Shown piece after piece: positions 47,427 through 59,806 of a stretch of 64,000 nucleotides of DNA; the first letter of the stretch is position 1; each line of letters opens with the position of its first letter. The notes below the pieces were generated by a model. It searched no databases and had not been told where the DNA came from. It saw only the letters and a program-made list of their open reading frames with translations. The DNA lies in assembly GCF_004010195.1 (NCBI RefSeq), contig NC_057716.1, forward strand, positions 45,102,525 to 45,166,524, given 5' to 3'. The translations under genes were made by a program, and so were the position numbers. Source of the DNA: Chiloscyllium plagiosum. Taxonomy: Eukaryota.

Positions 47427-50400
47427 ATCACGACCCACTGCAAACTAAGTACTGCTTTAGAGAAGCAGCCTCGGCAGTGAGAAGAGGTGCTTATTTTCAC
47501 TGATTAGTGTGTGCACTGACCAACTGAAATCTGATAGGTCGACACTGATCACGTGACACGCAGCGACTGAAGCTAGCTTCAGCTGGCATTGCATTTCTTT
47601 CCCAATGTTCAAACACTTTAATTTTTCCTTAATTCATTCAACATAATTGACTGCAGGAGCCGCTGAATATTGAAGTTAGAAAACGCGACGGTGTTTTCCA
47701 CGGCAGTACCCTTACGATGTGTTTCACTGAATTTGATATTCTTGGTATCTTGCACAATACAGTCTGTAGGATAAACACATCATACGTACGGCCTACATTA
47801 TTCTCTTTGAGTAGATTTTTCTATTCCATTGAATTCTTTTTCGAATAATTCCACTTCAAATAAAGCTTAGACTTCTTTTACAAAATAACAATTTCACATT
47901 GACACGAAATTAATTTTAAAAACACACTGGTAGAAATTTTTGAAGGTTTGCATATTGTGACGAATAAAATCGGCATCAACCTGTTTAGTAAAAAATGTAT
48001 CGCTCAGGATAACATATAAACCATTCGTTGTTGTAAACTGCAGTTTGCGCTCTTCTACACACAACTGTGAAATAGATTGGAAGAATCACTACTTGTTTCA
48101 CCAATTCATGAAACGGTCAGACGTATACGGATTTCCCCTTGAATTTTATATTAGCTAAGTTTTCGAAAATTCGGGGAAGATATTTCTGATCTATGTTTTA
48201 TTTTTGCTCAGACATTCGATCTATTAAAATGAAGGCTATTTTCTTTAGGATATTCCTCAATTTCAACTGATGTGTTTCCATGCTATGGATATTGCAGATG
48301 TCTGATACTTCATGCAATATTCCATGCTTTATACTTTATTCCATGCAATAACCTAATTGTATGTTATCCCATTGCCTCTTCAGCATAAGATGTTCACATA
48401 TTGCCAGTAGTTTGCATTTCGCATAAACCAATTTACATTATTCTCAATTGCTACAAACCTGTGGCAGTATTCGCGTCTACAGATCAAACAAATCTAATTT
48501 CTGGAAAGGGATCGCCTTCAACAAAAAGGAAATGCCCTTTTCTTTTCTTTATGCCCTGCTTTAATTATGTAAAATATGAAGATTTTGTACTTTGAGGGTA
48601 AATTCCAGCATAATTAGAATGCATGATTGAATTAACTAAAGGGCCCGATGATATAAAAACAAATATTCGCTGATGTAATCCCGCTGTAGGAAACAGGGCA
48701 TATTTTGATCAGTCAGGTCTACTTTAGCAATAACTTATGATGTGGAAAGGTATTTCTTCAACCATCAACATTAATTTTCCATACCCGCATTCTCAAATTT
48801 GGTAAAGCCACCTTTTGTGAGAGAAATCAAACAATACTTTGTAACTTACCTTAGAATAAGCAACTCGTAATTAATACGCTACAAATATTGTATAGCAATT
48901 TCCGATTAATTAAAACGAAAGAATTTCATTTAGGGGAGATTTTTTAGACATAAGTAATACACTGCCATTAGCTGTGATAACAACAACCGCAGTCATATTT
49001 TTCAATGTTAAACGGATAATGAAAAGTGGTTAGATACTGTAACTTGGTTTGCATTGACGGATATTGTGGAAAAATGAAGCTCCATCTTACTCTTTCATTG
49101 TCGGTACCTTCCCGAGCTTGCAGTTCCCGGATACGTAAATGTGTTAGCGATATTGACACTTGGAGAAACTTATCAGAATGTATTCGACACTCAATAACTG
49201 AAAACGCTAAATAATTAAAAAACATCATTCTGTGCGCGAATAAAGTTCAGTGTTGTTATATTAATATAAGACATTTTCAATCTTGTCTTAATTTTTTTGA
49301 GCACGTCAAAGGGACATTGGGCGTTATTTCATAGAGACACGTCGAATTCTATCTACGAGCGTCCCTAATATGGATAGATTAATGAACCCGTACATTTTGA
49401 ACTAAATTGGTCTGTATTTAATGAAGCAGTTAGAGCGGCTTTTTAATTGATAGCGTGAAGAAAAAAGTATTTCAAAACAGCAAATTCAATGCTTATCTTT
49501 GTACTCGACTATATGAGTTGAATGAGCACAGCACGTTTAGGAACATGCGGATGCTAGATATTCTCAGGAAAACAAATAACAATTGAACTACTTCTACTTT
49601 TAATGACAAAGAAAAAAATCGTGCTAACGTCATATTTCGAGTGACTACTTTTATTTAGAACTCCGACCAAATACAGATTCTGAATTAAAAGTATGCCGCT
49701 GTCTCAAGTTGGTCGCATCACTGGTATGCAGACAAAGGGGTTCTTTCCGGAAGTAGATGAAGTCCAAGGTCAAGGTGGAGAGAGAGGGAGGGAGGGGAAG
49801 AGAAATAAGCTGGTAAACAGCGGCTTAAAGCAACTCAATAGTTCTGTTGGACTTATGCGAAGATTTCAAAGATTGAAGCTAGCTGTGAATTGTAACATAA
49901 CTTTGCAAAATCGCTTCCTATTGCTAAATTGTGTTGATCATTTTTCAATGTCACCAGTGCTTGTGGTAATATTAAATTTAGAAATGAATTGAATTTCGAA
50001 AATTTCTATTTGAATTGTTAAATTTCTAACTGAAACCGCTTTACAAATGCAATTGTAAATTCATTATAGCTAATGTAGAAAACCCCAAAACAGTTTGTGA
50101 GGCAGTGAGAGATGGGCAAGAAATGTAACTTGGTCATTGTCGCTAACACCGCAGAACACATCAAAAACAGGGACCCAATTAATGTAAATTTAAGCATTGA
50201 CATGCCGGACTTTATTTAAAAATGGCAACAGTAAAAGCTGTTGTTTTTCAAAGTTATTTATTTTTATATACTGATATGACTTGCTTATAAAATTGAAAGT
50301 TTAGACTATTTCTATTTTGAAAAAAAGAGGGATTTATTTGTTATTTTGATTCACAGCAATTGTCCTTCATTCTCAGCGAAGTTTAACATTAAGTTCTCAT

Positions 50401-50900
50401 TCGCTTGCTGAATTTGGGTATTTCCCGCAACATTAAAAAAAAATCCTTTATTCTGCTTTCTTTCTTACAGTTGACCTTAATTCTCTTGTTCATGCACTTT
50501 CTGCCTGGTATTTTCAAATTGGTATCTGAATTATTGAAAATAGCATCGGTTATTTGTAGGATGACATTCTGACGTTTCTCTGATAAAGTGACAAGCAACT
50601 CTGTAGCAGACGTAGCAATTTCGATTGAAAGCCTTATCCGATTAAAAGCGTAATCCATTTTTATACTTGCCAAAGTTTAACAATCGTCAATATTTAACAA
50701 CAGCATCAAAATAATTTTCGATTATATTTTGTTTTCTAATTATAACTAGAAGCTTTTCGAAAACGCGACCAGTATTGGATAATCTGCAGCATGAATTTGC
50801 AGACTTGTCGGCCACTCAAGCTGCTAAAGCATCCCGATGAAACTCCTACACATGTATGTTCACAATTCGGAATTGTTTAATTCAAATAACTTAATCCAAA

Positions 50901-51037
50901 ACAAAGTTAAAAATCACACAACGCTAGGTTATAGTCCAACAGGTTTAATTGGAAGCTCATGCTGTTGGACTATATAACCTGATGTTGTGGATTTTTAACT
51001 TTGTACACCCCAGTCCAACACCGGCATCTCCAAATCA
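50901..51037. mobile_element. Short palindromic repeat remnant
   Basis: Imperfect ~42-bp inverted arms ACAAAGTTAAAAATC...GGTTATAGTCCAACAG (50901-50942) and CTGTTGGACTAT...GATTTTTAACTTTGT (50962-51004), followed by CCCCAGTCCAACACCGGCATCTCCAAATCA. Confidence 0.7.
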
Positions 51038-52890
51038 GTACACCAAAACAGTTATTGACAATAGATGCATGTGTTTCGTTTTAGATAAATCATTTGATTA
51101 AATATATATCCAGGTGAGAGCATTCACTGTATTGAGACTGACTATATTACAGCTCGTATGACCCCATTTGATTACACATTTTTCCAACACACTGACCGAT
51201 ATTAATACACTACACGAATAAAAGCAGATTACATGCCAACCAGTGCTCGCTATAATTGTTTTGTTACCAGGAGAAAAAAAATGCTGTAAAACCCCATCTG
51301 TCCAAGTTCCAACCAAACACATTACTTACCATATTTGAAAATAAATTGTAGATACTTGCAAAAACTAGATCGAAATTTACAAGTGATATTTCAAATATCC
51401 CGAGCTATTCCACCCTGCACGTAAAAGGCACCTACAAGTAACATGGATTTAACCTGTCAGCAGTTAAGAGGGGAACGAAATATACTTTCATCTGACATTG
51501 TTAGCAACCAATTAATCACTTGATGTTGTGAATGTCTCCTACCTCACTTTTCAGCGTTATGTTCCAATTGGAACTCTTTAAGAATAATTTATTGCGTTGA
51601 AAGCTGCATTGCAACACTATACAGAGATTTCACGTTCCTGGGTAACTTGTTGTGAACGCATTACATATACTTTAGCATTTTTACAGTCCCTCATAATGAA
51701 TAGAACATAACAATATTTATAAATAAAACATGTATTTCATTCATAACCAGTTGCTATACCAGTTCTTAAAATAGCGTTACTTTCCTTTCAGTAAGAAACG
51801 CAAAAGAATGTCACATTGTCTCCAGGAAAGAGGACTGAGATTACAAACAGCAACAAGCAGTGGTAAACTTCAACACGTAAAAAATATTCCAAAACTTTGC
51901 TAGCTTCCGATTCAGCTCTTCGATAAGAATGCAAAAAATATTTATTCGAGACAGACAATAGGTGCAAATTTCCTTGGTATTCTTGATGAAATCAATTTAT
52001 CTGCATTGACGCAAGTCTATTCCACATAAGAGGAAGTTCACTTTCAAGGCTACAATCTATCAATGGCTGGAGCGGTTTGCTGATACAATATTTGGATTCA
52101 AATGCAGTTCGAATGCAAAATGTACACGTCTGCTAGTGAATAAATGCTGTTACGCAATTATGCTACTACAATGCATTCCAGCAAATTCCAGAATTTTGTC
52201 AAGCAAAAAGCAGGCAGCATGACCTGAACAGCAATATAAAAGAAGGCATTCATGAGACTCTCAGCTCACTGCTCTGCTTCATTCAAGATGATGTAGAAAA
52301 TAAACGAATTCGACTGCTTGGCTTGTGAAATTAATTGTCACCATTCTGAGGTCCTTTTTATTTAAACCTTTACCTAAATGTGAAAACACATTTGTTTTCT
52401 GTTTCTGCATCTGTTAAATCATTCACGACTTGGAATGGCAATTTTACCACAATAAACAATGCTGGTGTACAAAATATAGCAAAAATATATGCACTTCTGA
52501 ATAAAGTTATAATCCTTGTTGTACAGCAGGAGTCTAGAACGAATGAAGTCATCAAGAACAATGTCATTAACGGACAGCGGATAACATGGACAGGCATCGT
52601 GTTCAGTTTTCCTTTGAAGGTTACTAATTTTAAAATTCTCATCTATTCGTTAGTAATGTAAACGAAAGGCATCAATTTGTCACGCTACCATCTCCACTTT
52701 CTACCAATGGTGGCGCTCTCTGTCCAACTGGGGAAAGAATGATTCCGATACGGCCAGTTTACAGTGGCATTTTCTATTATAGAGGTCGACATTGTGATTT
52801 ATAACGGAAAAGTTGACAGAAAAAGACCACAGAGGTAAGATCTTTAATATATAATCTTCAATTGTTATTTCTCCGATATTTATTACGACG

Positions 52891-53011
52891 ACATGAATAA
52901 GAAATGCTTAAAGGGATATGGACCAGAATCTGGCAGGTGGGACTACTTTAGTTTGGGATTATGTTCGGCAAAAACTGGTTGGACCGAAAAGTCTGTTTCC
53001 GCACGTATGAC
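52891..53011 (+). mobile_element. CR1-type LINE 3' end fragment
   Basis: AGGGATATGGACCAGAATCTGGCAGGTGGGACTA...TTGGACCGAAAAGTCTGTTTCC resembles the shark CR1/HER LINE 3'UTR as recalled. Confidence 0.65.
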
Positions 53012-53169
53012 AGTGGTGCAGCATATAATGCGATTAATTATTTATTACGGGAATTTATATCTCATGTTGTTAATGAATGACTGAACGATTTCTGTTTCAA
53101 TTGTGGTCCTCCAAATAATTGTAATCAAGAGACTTAAAATAAGAAAATAATGTACTATTTGAATAAAGC

Positions 53170-53390
53170 AAATATTTCACGAACAAAGAACAGAAGTTGC
53201 TGGAGAAACTCAGCACGTCCTGCAGCATCTAAAGAGTCAAACGCAGTGCTACCTTTAGTTCTGATAAAGGATCACTGGGCTCGAAACGTTAACTGTGGTG
53301 TTCTTGTCATAGCTATTGACAGACCCTCAGAGTTTCTGTAGGACATTCTGTTTTTGTTTCAGATTTCCATCATCTGCGGATCTTTATTGT
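53170..53390 (+). mobile_element. Degenerate repeat related to the 54.8-kb element, with imperfect inverted arms
   Basis: AACAGAAGTTGCTGGAGAAACTCAGCA...GCAGCATCT / CTGATAAAGG..TCGAAACGTTAACT / GAGTTTCTG..ATTCTGTTTTTGTTTCAGATTTCCA. Confidence 0.7.
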
Positions 53391-54191
53391 ACTTGTCGCT
53401 AGGTGTTCTCGTCATCGTTCCCTCCTCAACCAACATCCACAAATATCGATTAGCTGACCATTTATTTATTTGCATTCTGTAGGATCTTGCTATCCCCAAA
53501 TTAGCTGTTGTTGACATTCATTGCATGTTACCAATTTTTAGGACCTGATATCGCACTATATTAATCCTGGCTTTTCGCATTCAGTCATGCACTTGAGAAC
53601 CTAATATCTAAGAAATGACTATTCCTCTACTTTAATTGTAAATAATTATTTACTGAAAATCGTTCAAATTTATATGAAGTTTGCTACATTTAAAAGAAGA
53701 TATTTGGACATGTAGAGCAGATATTGCCATATAATCCTTGACACTTCCTAGAAATTTTAACAGAAATTTACTGATAATATGTTTATTTTTTATAACTTTC
53801 CAAATCATTTGGGGAATTTCTACCCAGAAATATGCTGGCAACATGATTTCATTTCCTATCGTGGAGAATCTCAGGTCTGCGTTTGATGCTTTCTTTATCT
53901 TTCAGACACCTGTAACTGTCTCTTTAAGTTGCTTATATGGACAATGGACAAAAGCTAGCACTTCATTTCGCACTTTCCAATTTCAGAAACGTAACTTTAA
54001 CAAATGACTTTTATAACTAGATAAAATCACAGTATCAGACGGGTGGGTGCCAATGGATACGAGTTAACGAGAACCAAGTTTCTTTTCTCCTTCAGTGTTT
54101 ATTCCAAGACCACAAGCAGCAATTATATTTTTTAAATGAACATATATTGGACAGATGAATATGCAGAGGCAATTGAGAATAAATTTGATGT

Positions 54192-54257
54192 TAGAATATA
54201 GAATCCATAGAATCCCTACCGTGCGGAAACAGACCATTCAGCCCAACGAGTCCACAG
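54192..54257 (-). mobile_element. CR1/HE1-type 3' tail fragment
   Basis: ATAGAATCCATAGAATCCCTAC..GGAAACAGACCATTCAGCCCAAC is approximately the reverse complement of the tail at 52.98-53.01 kb, with short terminal tandem units. Confidence 0.6.
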
Positions 54258-54816
54258 ATGTTTATATTTTGCACTTGAGCAACATGGCTGACCAATGTTC
54301 TAGTTGCCCGTACAAAACATAATGCATTTTGTTCCATTATAACTTGCTGCAGTATTTCATGTACAACATTCAGGAGCTATTTCATTCTCGTGAGCTACGT
54401 TTTCCATAGCAAAACTACCGCATTGCCCTGACCTGAACCCCGCAATGAAACGTCAGCTTGTGTTGTTTTTATTTTAGAAAATCCAGGGAATTGCATAACT
54501 ATTGAACTGAATAATGTTTAAAACCGCCTACAAGAGGAGCAGAGCAGGTACACAATGAAGTGTGGAAGAAACTGCATGATCTATATGCAAATATAGAAGT
54601 TATTTTGAATATCACAGCTTTGAAGTTTTAAATCAGCACAACACTGTCTCAAATCAATAAAGTTTAACATTTTCCAGCTATTGTTTGACTAAAATTTGCG
54701 AATTAATAACGATTTGTTCTGAAGAAAGGTAATAAAATACTGCGAATGCACATTTGAATTCAATTTTGTGCAAGTAAAGACTTCATACATTTGAGAAATG
54801 TATTCAACTATAGCAC

Positions 54817-54940
54817 TGAAGAAGGGCCTGTGCCCGAAACGTCGAATCTCCTGTTCCCTGGATGCTGCCTGACCTGCTGTGCTGTTCCAACAATAAAGTT
54901 TCAACTTTGATCTCCAGCATCTGCAGACCTCACTTTCTCC
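54817..54940 (+). mobile_element. 5'-truncated short retroelement insertion with 13-bp target-site duplication
   Basis: TCAACTATAGCAC flanks both sides (54804-54816 and 54941-54953). The insert resembles the abundant shark repeat TGAAGAAGGGC..GCCCGAAACGTCGA..GATGCTGCCTGACCTGCTGTG. Confidence 0.85.
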
Positions 54941-55428
54941 TCAACTATAGCACGCCCTTACTTTGAATAATTATGTGTTCCAATCATTTCAAACCCGAAC
55001 AGCTGTGTATACTATTCACGAAACAATTTATTTTGCAACCTATAATATGTTATTATTCTTTAAACATCACAGATAGACTTTAATTTGTGTCCAATTATAT
55101 TTACTCACACATGTAATGAATGGTAAACGAGTACTTAGCCTTTTGGAAAATCAAGTTAAATATTCCCTTTAATATCAATATTTCTTGTTCACCAACTTTA
55201 GTGGAATCAACATTCTTTATTGCGTTTAGCACATCAAATTGGAGCTTCTCGTAATGCAAGATAAAGACTAATGAGCTATTCCAACTTCAAAATAATTAAA
55301 AACGAAAAGGCCCAATAATCTTCTGTGGCTGTATAATTAAAGAGAGGCGACTTTGCTATTGTAAATCGGTATGCACGTTCTCGTGACTCTTAAAAAGCAA
55401 TTGTCCAAATGAGGAAAGTTATTATATT

Positions 55429-55521
55429 TCACAGTCCAGGACAACTTGGCTTTATCAATTGCTGCTGCACACGAAGAAGTCTTTTCTCTTTCTGTCGCTG
55501 GTTTTGGAACCATGTCTTCAC
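55429..55521 (-). CDS. hoxd14: HoxD14 exon 3 (3' part of homeobox)
   Basis: After TTTTTCAG|: VKTWFQNQRQKEKRLLRVQQQLIKPSCPGL*. WFQNQR and the split homeobox are Hox14 hallmarks. Confidence 0.92.
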   Translation of the reverse strand: MKTWFQNQRQKEKRLLRVQQQLIKPSCPGL

Positions 55522-55670
55522 CTGAAAAATACAGATTCTTTGTATACGTGACTAATAAAAGCGGACTTGGTTTAATGTTTAGTGAAATACAATGAGCCCA
55601 CCTGTTGACAATGAAGAGGGACAGGTACTTAATATTTTCTTGCGTAGAAAGTGGAACGAACGCCTCTTAC

Positions 55671-55852
55671 CTGTCTTTCTGTTAAACCTAACCTAAAAGA
55701 GATGTTTAATCGGACCTCAGGGGTGAGGAATCGATTGTTTTCAAAAGCCCTTTCCAGTTCAGCGATTTGTTGTTTGCTGTAGGGGATTCGCTTCTTTCTT
55801 TGTCTGTGTGTAGGATTCTGCGATGTTGACCAGTGCGATGCTAGTCCCAATG
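55671..55852 (-). CDS. hoxd14: HoxD14 exon 2 (5' part of split homeobox)
   Basis: After CTTCAG|CA: [60 protein letters not shown], then donor CAG|GTAAGA after homeodomain residue 44. Confidence 0.92.
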
Positions 55853-56540
55853 CTGAAGGAACATAAATATCCTATCAGTAGGTTAAGTCATTAGGAACAC
55901 AATCAGTGAAATTCCGAGAAATGTGCATTTTATATATTTATGTTGCGTTCATATTTGCGCAAACGCTGTGTTAACTGAACAGCTGTCAGTTTCGTTGATT
56001 GTCGTTCATTTTAATCGATGTTGGTTAATTTATCCTTCAGAAATTATCATTGTTGAGGGACGAGAATTAATAGACAAAATAGCAATTAGTTGCAATTGTT
56101 TACAAACGTGTGTTCCCACCTCCCCTCCTCTTTGTAATCCAAATGTTATGATAAATGTTATTCACTTTTATAAGTTGAAATATGCAATGTTTTGTTGCAT
56201 GCATTTTGTATACGAAATACATATTGTGATCTCTAAAACGTTTCATTAAAACTACATATGAAGCGATTACATAAAAATCACCAACTATTATCAGTTTTCG
56301 CTTTAAATATGCGTTTAAAACATATAACCATCCTCAAGAAAAGCGAACTATCTTAGCTTTCCCAAACTATGGCAAACAATGTTTTTTGCTAAAATAGCAC
56401 GTAAAATGAAACTGCCCATCATTCACTGATCAACCAGCATGCTCATATCGAAACTAAAATGCAAATCACCTGGGCATTGCTGTAAGACACAACCAGAAAA
56501 CTCACCTGTTGCATGATATCAAAGAAAGCGCATTACAACT

Positions 56541-56586
56541 CTTAATCAATCTAATCAATCGTAATCAATTCTTAATCAATCAATCA
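56541..56586. repeat. Short tandem array of TAATCAAT in HoxD14 intron 1
   Basis: Four TAATCAAT units at 56543, 56552, 56562 and 56573, followed by CAATCA. Confidence 0.85.
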
Positions 56587-56624
56587 TGGATATGTCGTGC
56601 ATAAGAATGTATTATCAGACTGAC

Positions 56625-57180
56625 CTAAAGGCCTTGGGACACCGGGCATTGCATTATTGAGTGTTCCTGCTTCAAATGATGTTCCAGAGTATTGAGAATG
56701 GTAAAAGGCAGGCGTACTCTGATTGTTGGGATTTGCCTGCGTTTGAACAGGTGCAACTTGGGGATATTCTAGTGGCCAATGCTGATAAAGTGAGGGGTTT
56801 GTCGGGTATTCACCTCTGGTACAGAAGTTGTGCCGGTAGCTAATAAACGGAGACATATGACAGTCATTTTGCAGTTGGTTTGCAGGGATTTGCACTGCCC
56901 CAGGTGACATAGCGACAATCTCCTGACCTGCGCTTCCATGCGATCCACAAGTCGAAATGTCTTCGGAACACAAATCTTGGTGTCTTCCACTTGAAGTCGT
57001 TTTCAAAGGCGATGAGGATAAGGCAGAAGTTCCAAAGTTTGTGGAAAATACTGGCACCATTTCTGTAGGTCGCACTTCATCTTCCCTTAATCCTGTTTTA
57101 TCACTAGATGTCTCTAGCGTCAGTTCGTACCGCAGAGAAGTCGAATCCATCTTATAACTAAACTGAATGATTGGGTTCAT
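56625..57180 (-). CDS. hoxd14: HoxD14 exon 1 (start ATG 57180 or 57150)
   Basis: Long P/S/Q-rich ORF upstream of the Hox14 homeobox. It ends at a strong phase-1 donor TTAG|GTCAGT (56625/56624) that joins exon 2 in frame. Homology of this exon is not directly recognised. Confidence 0.75.
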
Positions 57181-59727
57181 TCCAGCCACTTGCAAATACA
57201 ATCCTCTTGTTAAATTTTTGTCCTGACTTGCAAGTTTAAGCTCCTGTCCCTTCTAAATGCTGAGAATGATAGCGTGACAAGTACTGAGCAAACACTTTGA
57301 TGTCTGCCTCCCAGAAATGAAACCCAGCTCTCCATTAGGTGCACAAACTACACCCTGGATCAAGCTACCTGATCTTTTTATTGCTGTAACACAGCTACAG
57401 TTGGTAAATAAAACGCAGTGTGGACTCTTTGCAAATTAAACTTTGTGCGCAAACGTCAAGGACAATGCTGCATTACAGAATGACACACTTGTACTGTAGT
57501 TATCGTACTTTGACTCAAGGTCAATGTGGAGTTTAATGATCATTTTGTTTCGGCTTATTGTTTCAGTTTTTCATTCTCTGACTTTTCCCCGGTAATTCTT
57601 GTTCACAGTATTTGATTGCAATGTATCTTGACTTATAAACGTGCATTTTGTTTTGAACCCAAGCAGCAGAATGGAGCAACAATTTAGCAAAGCCGTGCAC
57701 TGTAACCTGGAAAAAACCTTTTTCACGGCATTGTAACTTACGTCAGACAAAAAGCATTTTAGTGCATTTTATTGCCTGCTATAACCCTTACCGCAATAGA
57801 ATTACACCTAGCTCTACCTGCTTTAGACGATCAAACAAATATTTGGCCCATTGCTGTAAAGCTCCCTTGAGCTCTTTGTAAAGTAAACTATACAGAAATG
57901 TGGTCCGATCTGTCTACATATCATCTTTTAACTAGCTTCGTGACTTTGCGAACAGTTTCAAACTTTCCCTTCAAAAGTATTAAAGCTAATTAAAATATAA
58001 ATGATGTAGATCATGGATTTAGATAAAAACAAAACTAATTTTCCAGTTGAATGCCATTGCAATTTTTTTTTGCATTACGTTTAACACTCTTGCTCAGTTT
58101 CATTTATCAATATTATGCCAATGTTAACGAGAATTGCTTTAATCCTACAATTTCCCAACCTATCGCTAATGAAACACTAATCAGATTTTGCGTTCAATTC
58201 AATATTGAAATGAAATTTCGCCACACTGAAAGCTATGAAATAAATGTTTAAAAAATTCCAGTATTTTTCCGCGTTTGTTCTTGATAATGAATATTTGAGA
58301 ACACCCATGCACACGTCGGCTGACAATGTTCCCCCCCACCCCCAAAAAAAAAAATTAGCTTTGTATCTAACTTCTCTCTCTCATAAAATAGGAATGCAAA
58401 ATTCCGGAGGTTAGTTTTATTTTAAAAAAAAATCTCAATACATACATTTACTTACCTCGTAATGTATTATTCTTGAAGTATCTGCATGTGACGTTTGTAC
58501 AAAATAACTGATTAATACAAAAGCTAACTCATAAATAATAAAGTTTCAATTTTAGTTGGTATCTACTGTACAGAATTTTCAAAATCTCAGAGAAACTAAC
58601 TTACTGAACCATCGTGGCAGTCATCTGGCTGTGAAAATCAAAGAAAACGGATGAGGGCGCCAGAGGACAGATATTTCGAGAGAACGCATTTCATTCCGAG
58701 TCCATTCATCCTTGTTTATCTCAACTCCACTCAAAGAATACCGCTTCACAATTAATTTATTGTAACATTCATTCACTTTGATTGGTAGATTACGGATAAT
58801 ATTATTAAACAAGACTCAAACTGAAGTATGAATAAGAAATAACATCAATCTCAAAAATCTTTCTTCTCAGGCATAGTGTACTGTATTCTGTAAATCTATA
58901 CGAGCGTTTCCTCAAAAAAAAATGGTCCGAACATCTGAGCTGTGTAAAGAAACCAAATTTGTTTTATGCTTGCTAACTATACAGCATATTTGCTAACTTG
59001 CAATGTCATACTATTTTAAACAGTGGAAAAGTCTTTGAACCCTTCGCCAACAATTTTAACGAGCTATTTACGGTAGCTTTCTATTTGTATTTTCTAACGT
59101 CAGAAAACGCTAACGTGAAAATAGTGGCCCCCAGCACTTTCCAGAACCCTCTGTTGTTGTACGAGATCCTTTGGAAGAATATATAATTTTCACAACGTAA
59201 CTTTTAATATAGTCTTTTAATGCAATTTATTCACCATAATTAACATTTGTCACTTATGTTTCCCTTAAATCGTAACAATATTTTTTCCACTGCCGTTGAT
59301 TTCGACGTTTATTCTCATTTGTGTATCGCCTAAATGCAGAAATTAGCGTACATGCGAATTACAAGGGCGTGAATATCAATATTTATTGCAGATTATTAAC
59401 TGGCGTAAAATACAAGGAAATGTATTTACCAGCATATGCATATATATGACAGGACGTTATTTCTATGGCATATGGGACACAGTACTAATTAAAACATTTA
59501 GCAGCAATGATATAGTTTCCGTTTATGCATTATTTAATATTAATTATGCATCTCGAGCGCTTTTGCTACATTGTCATTTCCCATAAGGGGTTCTCGATAG
59601 AAACTGTTCTGTGACATTCACACTGAAGATCAGTTAATCTTTAATTTAACATTTCAAGCGTGCATTTCGCAACTTAGATAATAGCTTTCGCTTCTTGTCG
59701 GTAAACATTGATTTCGAAAACCAAAGT

Positions 59728-59806
59728 AACGACGGCGATGATGACAACAACAACAAATTCATCATCATTATCATCATCGCTATCAGCGTCATCATTACTA
59801 CTACTA
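59728..59806. repeat. Compound degenerate trinucleotide microsatellite
   Basis: Consecutive GAT, AAC, TCA and CTA runs. Confidence 0.7.
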
